DNA from: Styela clava | Lineage: Eukaryota | NCBI RefSeq assembly: GCF_964204865.1 | Contig: NC_135256.1 | Location: 12,834,001 to 12,898,000 of the forward strand | Reading direction: 5' to 3' | DNA: 64,000 nucleotides | In this document: positions 23,601-33,736 of the stretch, piece by piece | Layout of the letters: each line of letters opens with the position of its first letter | Position numbering within the stretch: position 1 is the stretch's first letter | The notes under the pieces: generated by a model | Databases searched by the model: none | Seen by the model: the letters and a program-made list of their open reading frames with translations, nothing else | What the model was told of the DNA's origin: nothing | Translations under genes and position numbers: made by a program

Positions 23601-26600
23601 GCGAAGGCGAAATAGATGGAACGTCGCAAAGGCTGGAAGAAGATATACCATTGGTCGAAAAGGTAGATGACTTCACTGGTAATGTAACAGACATTAGTCA
23701 ATCCATTCACAAAGACACCAGGGGTGTCGAAGAAAATACCGCATACCAAGAAAGCATGGGTTTTGATTACGATGCTGTCTTATCAGCTGAGTTAAATACC
23801 CAAGCTAATGATGGTGAGATTTCAAATTTAGCTGCTACGAAGAATCTCGATAGTACCAATGCAAATATGGAACAAAATACCGACTTTGAGAAAACTGAAC
23901 CGATTATTTCCGCTGGTTATCAACAAGAATTGGTAAAGGGAGTGGAAACCAATTTAAAAATGGGAACTGTCAGCCTTGAAAATGAAACTGCAAACTTAAC
24001 TCATACAGAAACATATGGCAGTAATGGTGCAGAAAAAAATTTTGTTAAAGATTTTAAAAACTCAGACGAAAATATCTCTATTAACGAGGAAGTCGAGGAA
24101 ACAGTCGTTGAGAGTAGCTTTACTCCAGTTGGAATTGATATCAACGAAACACACGAAAATGCAGACACGCTTTCGACGGACTATTCGAGTAGCGATCGAA
24201 AGCATGGCGAAAGGGTAGAAATTGATACTACACTTCCTGAGGTGTTGCCAATAGAACACGAACATGAGGACGACGTACACGCTCAAGATAGCTCAAATGA
24301 AGAAGGTATATATGGCAATGAAACCATAAATAATGAAAACAAAAATAATGATGGGCTAAAGGCAGCTAGCACTGAAAATGTAAATCAAGACCTCGCACTA
24401 TCTGTTGAAGAGGCAGTTGAGAATATTACTGGCCATGCTGAGGAAGATTCAAGCAAAAATCACGTGCACGTCAAAAATGTTGATATTGATACAACATTTT
24501 CTGAAGAATCGTCATTAAAAGACAGAGATTTACAAGCATATCTTAGCTCCAAGGAAGAACATGCAAGTGGCGAGCAAGAACCTAATGTTGTCATAATCAT
24601 GAAAACTGAAATGCTACTTGATAGCACTAAAGAACCCAATTTAGAAAAAGGTAATGTGGATTTGGAAAAAGAGAATGGAAGCCTAGAACGTGTTGATCTG
24701 GATAAAAATTCCAATGTCAATGCCAACCAAAATCTTCACGAAGACATTCAGATTTCCACAGAAAATATAATACCTCTCAAAATAACGAAGGAAACAAAAG
24801 ACGAAGATGATTTCACCAAACTGTCAGTGATTAACCAATCAACAAGTGAAAACATTGTCACTCAATCAATGCTATATTCAAGTAACGATCAAAATGACCG
24901 TGAACATAGAGATGTTGATACAGCGGATTCAAGTAATGAGCAAATACAAGTCGAACATATAGAAATTGAAGCAAATGTTTCCCAGGAGTTGCCAATAGAG
25001 CTGCAACATGATACTGGTATGCAAACACAATTTGGCTCCAATGAAGACCGCATAAGTGCCGGGGAAGAAACTGTTGTTGCCCAAAATATTAAAACGGAGA
25101 CAACCACTGATACTACAAAATCTGAACGGAAGAGTAAAAAAGTTGTTAAGAAAATTAAAAAACCGTCAGAAGATAACAAAAAGTCGGAATCGTCAATTAA
25201 AAAAGTCTCTGTTCGACGTAAAGTTGTTAAGAAGCCCAACGTTGCAATTAAACTGACAGATGCTGATCAAGGAGTAACTGAAATTGATGTTCCGGGTGAT
25301 GTTCCAAATCAACAAGAGTTGGCAAACGTGACAGAACCTGATTTGGCGAAAAAACCTGTTGATATGGACAACGAGATTGAAAACAAAACACATGTTGAGC
25401 TAGAAACATATAATACCGAGCAAGAAAAATCTTTGTCTGATGAAGTCATTAAAGACAAAGAGTTGATAAAAGATGGAGAAGCTGATTTGGAGATGAGTTC
25501 TGTTGACCTGAACAATGTGACTGATAACAAAACGCACGATCAGCTGCAAACATATCGCACTGATGATGTTAATCAAAATCTAGGCCAAGACTTTAATATT
25601 TCAGAGGAGTCTGCCGCGCCTCAGGATGTAAAGGATGAAGCAAAATTTGACGACAATTCTACCATAACCACAGTTGTTAACGACGAATCAAATGGAACCG
25701 TTACCGCATATTCGTTAGGTGAATCAAGTAATGACCTAATGCAAGTTGAACAAGACAAAACTGATACAAAAGTTTTCGAAGAGTTGCCGATAAATTCGCA
25801 AGATGATACGGACTTGCAAGCACAATTTGGCTCCAATGAAGATAGCATAAGCGCCGGGGAAGAAACTGCTGTTGCCCAAAATATTGAAACTGAGACAACC
25901 ATTGATACCACAAAATCTGAACGAAAAAGTAAAAAAGTTGTTAAGAAAATTAAAAAACCGTCAGAAGATAACAAAAATTCAGAATCACCAATTAAAAAAG
26001 TCTCTGTTCGAAGTAAGGTTGTTAAGAAACCAAACGTTGCAAATAAACTGACAGAAGAGAAGGTTGACAAAACTTATAATGAAAAAGATGCTGATCACGA
26101 AGAAACTGAAATTGTTGTTCCGGATGATGTTCCAAATCAACAAGAGTTGGCAAACGTGACAGAACCCGATTTGATGATAAAACCTGTTGATATGAACAAC
26201 GAGATTGAGAACAGAACACATGCTGAGCTAGAAACATATAATACTGAGAATACCATCCAAGAAAAACCTTTGTCCGATGAAATCATAAAAGACAAAGAGT
26301 TGATGAAAGATGCAGAAGCTGATTTGAAGATGAGTTCTGTTGACCTGAACAATGTGACTGATAACAAAACGCACGATCAGCTACAAACATATCGCACTGA
26401 TGATGTTAATCAAAATCTTGGCCAAGACTTCAATATTTTAGAGGAGTCTGCCGCGCCTCAGGATGTAAAGGATGAAACAAAATTTGACGACAATTCTACC
26501 ATAACCACAGTTGTTAACGACGAATCACATGAAAACGTTACCACATATTCGTTAGGTGAATCAAGTAATGACCTAATGCAAGTTGAACAAGACAAAGCTG

Positions 26601-29600
26601 ATACAAAAGTTTCCGAAGAGTTGCCGATAAATCCGCAAGATGATACAGACTTGCAAGCACAATTTGGCTCCAATGAAGATCGCATAAGCGCCGGGGAAGA
26701 TACTGCTGCTGCCCAAAATATTGAAAATGAGACAACCATTGATACCACAAAATCTGAACGGAAAAGTAAAAAAGTTGTTAAGAAAATTAAAAAACCGTCA
26801 GAAGATAACAAAAAGTTGGAATCATCAATTAAAAAAGTCTCTGTTCGACGTAAGGTTGTTAAGAAACCAAACGTTGCAAATAAAATGACAGAAGACAATG
26901 TTGATAAAACTTATAATGAAAAAGATGCTGATCAAGAAGAAACTGAAATTGTTGTTCCGGATGATGTTCCAAATCAACAAGAGTTGGCAAACGTGACAGA
27001 ACCCGATTTGGCAATTAAACTTGTTGATATGGATAACGAGATTGAGAACAAAACACATGTTGAGCTAGAAACATTTAATACTGACAATACAGACCAAGAA
27101 AAACCCTTGCTCGGTGAAGTCACAAAAGACAAAGAGTTGATAAAAGATGCAGAAGCTGATTTGAAGATGAGTTCTGTTGATCTGAACAATGTGACCGATA
27201 ACAAAGCGAACGATCAGCTACAAACATATCGCACTGATGATTTTAATCAAAATGTTGGCCAAGACTTCAATATCTCAGAGGAGTCTGCCGCGCCTCAGGA
27301 TGAAAAGGATGAAACAAAAATTCACGACAATTCTACCGTAGCCACGGTTGTTAACGACGAATCAAATGAAAACGTTACCGCCTATTCGATAGGTGAATCA
27401 AGTAATGAGCAAATGCAAGTTGAACCCATAGAAGTTGATGCAAAAGTTTCCGATGAGTTGCCGAAAGAACCGCAAGATAATACCGACTTGCAAGCACAAT
27501 TTGGCTCCGATGAAGATTGCATAAGCGCCGGGGAAGAGACTGCTACTGCCCAAAATATTAAAACTGAGACAACCATTGATACCACAAAATCTAAACGGAA
27601 AAGTAAAAAAGTTGTTAAGAAAATTAAAAAACCGTCAGAAGAAAACAAAAAGTTGGACTCACCAATCAAAAAAGTCTCTGTTCGACGTAAGGTTGTTAAG
27701 AAACCAAACGTTGCAAATAAACTGACAGAAGACGAGATTGACAAAACTTATAATGAAAAAGATGCTGATCAAAAAGAAACTGAAATTGTTGTTCCGGATG
27801 ATGTTCCAAATCAGCAAGAGTTGACAAACGTGACAGAACCCGATTTGGCGATAAAACCTGTTGATATGGACAACGAGATTGAAAACAAAACACATGTTGA
27901 GCTAGAAACATATAATACCGAGCAAGAAAAATCTTTGTCTGATGAAGTCATTAAAGACAAAGAGTTGATAAAAGATGAAGAAGCTGATTTGGAGATGAGT
28001 TCTGTTGACCTGAACAATGTGACTGATAACAAAACGCACGATCAGCTGCAAACATATCGCACTGATGATGTTAATCAAAATCTAGGCCAAGACCTTATTA
28101 TTTCAGAGGAGTCTGCCGCGCCTCAGGATGTAAAGGATGAAGCAAAATTTGACGACAATTCTACGATAACCACAGTTGTTAACGACGAATCAAATGGAAC
28201 CGTTACCGCATCTTCGTTAGGTGAATCAAGTAATGACCTAATGCAAGTTGAACAAGACAAAACTGATACAAAAGTTTTCGAAGAGTTGCCGATAAATTCG
28301 CAAGATGATACGGACTTGCAAGCACAATTTGGCTCCAATGAAGATAGCATAAGCGCCGGGGAAGAAACTGCTGTTGCCCAAAATATTGAAACTGAGACAA
28401 CCATTGATACCACAAAATCTGAACGAAAAAGTAAAAAAGTTGTTAAGAAAATTAAAAAACCGTCAGAAGATAACAAAAAGTCAGAATCCCCAATTAAAAA
28501 AGTCTCTGTTCGACGTAAGGTTGTTAAGAAACCAAACGTTGCAAATAAACTGACAGAAGAGAAGGTTGACAAAACTTATAATGAAAAAGATGCTGATCAC
28601 GAAGAAACTGAAATTGTTGTTCCGGATGATGTTCCAAATCAACAAGAAGTGGCAAACGTGACAGAACCCGATTTGATGATAAAACCTGTTGATATGGACA
28701 ACGAGATTGAGAACAGAACACATGCTGAGCTAGAAACATATAATACTGAGAATACCATTCAAGAAAAACCTTTGTCCGATGAAATCATAAAAGACAAAGA
28801 GTTGATGAAAGATGCAGAAGCTGATTTGAAGATGAGTTCTGTTGACCTGAACAATGTGACTGATAACAAAACGCACGATCAGCTACGCACATATCGCACT
28901 GATGATGTTAATCAAAATCTTGGCCAAGACTTCAATATTTTAGAGGAGTCTGCCGCGCCTCAGGATGTAAAGGATGAAACAAAATTTGACGACAATTCTA
29001 CCATAACCACAGTTGTTAACGACGAATCAAATGAAAACGTTACCACATATTCGTTAGGTGAATCAAGTAATGACCTAATGCAAGTTGAACAAGACAAAGC
29101 TGATACAAAAGTTTTCGAAGAGTTGCCGATAAATCCGCAAGATGATACAGACTTGCAAGCACAATTTGGCTCCAATGAAGATCGCATAAGCGCCGGGGAA
29201 GATACTGCTGTTGCCCAAAATATTGAAAATGAGACAACCATTGATACCACAAAATCTGAACGGAAAAGTAAAAAAGTTGTTAAGAAAATTAAAAAACCGT
29301 CAGAAGATAACAAAAAGTTGGAATCATCGATTAAAAAAGTCTCTGTTCGACGTAAGGTTGTTAAGAAACCAAACGTTGCAAATAAAATGACAGAAGACAA
29401 TGTTGATAAAACTTATAATGAAAAAGATGCTGATCAAGAAGAAACTGAAATTGTTGTTCCGGATGATGTTCCAAATCAACAAGAGTTGGCAAACGTGACA
29501 GAACCCGATTTGGCAATTAAACTTGTTGATATGGATAACGAGATTGAGAACAAAACACATGTTGAGCTAGAAACATTTAATACTGACAATACAGACCAAG

Positions 29601-32600
29601 AAAAACCCTTGTCCGGTGAAGTCACAAAAGACAAAGAGTTGATAAAAGATGCAAAAGCTGATTTGAAGATGAGTTCTGTTCATCTGAACAATGCGACCGA
29701 TAACAAAGCGAACGATCAGCTACAAAGATATCGCACTGATGATTTTTATCAAAATGTTGGCCAAGTCTTCAATATCTCAGAGGAGTCTGCCGCGCCTCAG
29801 GATGAAACAAAAATTCACGACAGTTCTACCGTAGCCACGGTTGTTAACGACGAATCAAATGAAAACGTTACCGCCTATTCGATAGGTGAATCAAGTAATG
29901 AGCAAATGCAAGTTGAACCCATAGAAGTTGATGCAAAAGTTTCCGATGAGTTGCCGGAAGAACCGCAAGATAATACCGACTTGCAAGCACAATTTGGCTC
30001 CGATGAAGATTGCATAAGTGCCGGGGAAGAGACTGCTACTGCCCAAAATATTAAAACTGAGACAACCATTGATACCACAAAATCTAAACGGAAAAGTAAA
30101 AAAGTTGTTAAGAAAATTAAAAAACCGTCAGAAGAAAACAAAAAGTCGGACTCACCAATCAAAAAAGTCTCTGTTCGACGTAAGGTTGTTAAGAAACCAA
30201 ACGTTGCAAATAAACTGACAGAAGACGAGATTGACAAAACTTATAATGAAAAAGATGCTGATCAAAAAGAAACTGAAATTGTTGTTCCGGATGATGTTCC
30301 AAATCAGCAAGAGTTGACAAACGTGACAGAACCCGATTTGGCGATAAAACCTGTTGATATGGACAACGAGATTGAAAACAAAACACATGTTGAGCTAGAA
30401 ACATATAATACTGACAATACAGACCAAGAAAAACCCTTGTCCGATGAAGTCACAAAAGACAAAGAGGTGATAAAAGATGCAGAAGATGATTTGAAGATGA
30501 GTCCTGTTGATCTGAACAATGTGACTGATAACAAAGCGCACGATCAGCTACAAACATATCGCACTGGTGATCTTAATGAAAATCTTGGACAAGACTTCAA
30601 TATCTCAAAGGAGACTGGCGCGCCTCAGGATGTAAAGAATGAAACAAAAATTGACTACAATTCTCCCGTAACCACAGTTGTTAACGACGAATCAAATGAA
30701 AACCTCACCGCATATTCGATAGGAGAATCAATTAAGGACCGAATGCAAGTTGAACATATAGAAATTGATGCAAAAGTTTCCGAAGAGTTGCCGATAGAAC
30801 CGCAAGATGATACAAACTTGCAAGCACGATTTGGCTCCGATGAAGATCGCATAAGCGCCGGGGAAGAGACTGCTGTTGCCCAAAATATTAAAAATGAGAC
30901 AACCATTGATATCACAAAATCTGAACGGAAAAGTAAAAAAGTTGTTAAGAAAATTAAAAAACCATCAGAAGATAACAAAAATATGGACTCACCAGTTAAA
31001 AAGGTTTCTGTTCGACGTAAGGTTGTTAAAAAGCCCAACGTTGCAATTAAACTAGGTGAAGACGAGGTTGTTAAAAGTAATAAGAAACAAGGGGGCGATG
31101 GTGAGGAAGCCAAAAATATCATCTCCGATGAGGCTCAGAATCAACATAAGTTGATAAACGTTGCAGAAATCAATTTGGAAATGCAGTCTGTTGATACGGA
31201 CAACGAGATTGAAAACAAAACACACATTGAGCCAGAAACATATTACACTGACAATGTCATTTTGAATCTTAGCCAAGATTTACAAAACCCCCAAAAATAT
31301 GCCTTGCTTGGTGAAGTAATTGATGAACCAAAAACAAAAGATAGATTAACCGAAACTGCGGCCACGATGGTCGAAACAAGCGATAACGTCACCGCCCAGA
31401 TTATGGAAGTTACAAGTAGTAATCAAATGCATGTAGAAAATGACACAATAGGGTCTGGGGAGTTGGCGATAAAACTTCAAGACGATAAGGATGTGCTAAC
31501 TCAAGTTGTATCTGCCGAAGAACGTACAGGTGACGAGCAAGAGATTGCTGACGCCAATAATATTGAAAGTGAAGCAAACATTGATACTACAAAATCTGGA
31601 CGGAAGAGTAGAAAAGTTGTGAAGAAAATTAAAAAACCATTAGAAGGTGACAAAAAATCGGATTCACCCCATAAGAAGATTTCCGTTAGGCGTAAAGCAA
31701 CAAAGAAACAAGGCGATGAAGTGAAAATTGCAGAAGACGAAGTTGCTACGGGTAATGCGGAAAATCAAGATGACCAAGAAAACTCTGAAACTACTATTTC
31801 TGATAAAGTGCAAAATCACGAAGAGTTGAATAAAGATGCAGGAACCGGATTGAAGAACGCTTTTGTTGACGTGGATAATGCGACTGATAACAAAGCATTT
31901 GATCAGCTCCAAACATATCTTACTGGGGATGACAATCAAAATCTTGTCCAGGACTCTGATATCACAAAGAAGTATGCCGTGCCCCAGGATGCAACGGGTG
32001 GCACAGAAATTGACGATAATTCAACCATAACCATAGTTACAGCAAATGAAAATGTTATCGCATATTCGACAAATGATTCAAGTAACGACCAAATGCAAGT
32101 AGAACAAATAAAATTCGATGCAATAGTATCCGAGGAGTTCCCGATGGAACTCCAAGGCGATATGGATGTAAAAGCACAAATTGTCTCAACTGCTGAAGAC
32201 CGCGTAGGCGGCGTGCAAGAGACTGCTGTTACCGAAGGTATTAATAAAGAGACTACCATTGAAATCATAAAACCTGATCGGAAGAGTAAAAAAGTTGTAA
32301 AGAAAATTAAAAAGCCAATGAATAATGACAATAAGTCTGATAACCCACCGAAAAAAATTTCGATTAGGCGCAAGATTATTAAGAAGCCAAAAGACACAGA
32401 GGACCCTAGTGAAGATGTGTCTGACATAATAGGTACAGAACAACAAACTATTGATGAAACTGAAAAAATGGCCCACACTGACATTCAAACTCCACAACAT
32501 GAGTTGTTGAAAGTTTCAGAAGGCAATTTACAAATAGATGCATCAGATCTAACTACAGACAATGAAAATAAAATAGACATTGATCAACAAGAACATAAAA

Positions 32601-33397
32601 GAGATGATCAAAATAATCACGATGATTTCCCAATGTCACCAGAACACGTTTTGCCTGATGAAGTACCCGATGATAAAAACGTCGTGATGAATCGCACTCA
32701 AAATTTAGACAAAGAAGAACAAGAAACGAATCAATCCTCGAATTTAAAAGCCGATCTACCGGACGGTGAAGAAGATATTGTTGCCGCAAACGAATCACTT
32801 CCCGAAACACTCAATTTGGAAAGTACCGCGAACGAACTACAAGCTACTGATGTTCACATAAATTTGACAGAAAAATCAGACAATTTGGAACTTGATGGAA
32901 CAGATCTAGATCCGTTGGCGACTGCCCAACTGCACGACGCCCATAGCACCAAGAAAATTGTCAAAAAAACGAAAACACTTTCCACAGCCGGGGAGAGTTT
33001 AAAAAAACCATCCATCAGGCGAAAGGTCATCAAGAAGAAAGAAAAATCAAACAAAGAAGTTTCTCAAGATGGCGAAATTGAAACTAGCAAAGAAAACCCC
33101 AAAGGGTCATCCGGAAATAAGGAGGGAGAGTATCTTATGGAAGAAATTGATTCCGGAACTAAAGCGTCAGTGCCTGTTGCAACAAGCTGTAATTTAACTC
33201 TAGAAACTACTTCTTCTAATCTAACCATGACGGAAGATGGAGGGGACATTGCTGAAGCAAAGCCATCTAAAAAAAGCATAAAGGTATTGAAGAAATCGGT
33301 GAAAAAAGACCTGGACGAAAAGGATTCGAACAAAGACGATTCCCCAACACCAAAGAAAAGTTCCACTCGCCGAAAAGTCGTAAAGCGCACAAAATAA
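17604..33397 (+). CDS. Gene B giant terminal exon (about 15.8 kb): acidic, probably disordered region with tandem repeats (whole protein about 5370 aa)
   Basis: Uninterrupted 5266-codon ORF with no ATG at its start. Phase-1 acceptor AAG at 17601-17603 with branch-like CTAAC at 17578; an alternative phase-1 CAG lies at 17628-17630. Repeat-unit length differences are all multiples of 3. Confidence 0.9.
24920..32560 (+). repeat. Coding tandem array of about 10 units (675-837 bp) with a 2.5-kb higher-order duplication
   Basis: The KKVVKKIKKP anchor recurs at 25142, 25937, 26774, 27611, 28439, 29276, 30104, 30941, 31616 and 32294 (spacings 795, 837, 837, 828, 837, 828, 837, 675, 678). Units 2-4 match units 5-7 at offsets 2502, 2502 and 2493. 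Confidence 0.95.
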
Positions 33398-33401
33398 TAA
33401 A
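33396..33401 (+). terminator. AATAAA overlapping the stop codon of the giant exon
   Basis: Sequence AAA TAA TAA AAC; the hexamer shares bases with the stop codon at 33395-33397. Confidence 0.3.
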
Positions 33402-33736
33402 ACTATGCACGGGAGGTGGACTTTTCAACTATGAACAAAGAACATATGATCAATTCCTTTCTGATATTAGTATATATTTCAAGAGGAAATACAACAAATA
33501 GCGCTGCACCAAACTATGGGGTTCTTTGTTTAACTTTAGTATATCTCTGATGAATATGAAATGGAGTCCAATAAGAACATGTCATTCTTAGCTTATAATT
33601 TGATATGGCAATCTACATGCCTGCTAAAGGCATATTTTATTTGACGACTAAGCCTCATTCAAGTGCGCCTGAGAGTTTCCTGGTTCTTCGGAACACTTTT
33701 GTGACAGGACATTAACGTTGTCCAATCTTTTTTCAG

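Noticed and set aside
24920-32560. Titin/PEVK, mucin or adhesin identity for the giant ORF
   Set aside because: No Ig/Fn3 domains, signal peptide or transmembrane segment were seen. Any similarity would be compositional, and the spliced N-terminus is an SHD.
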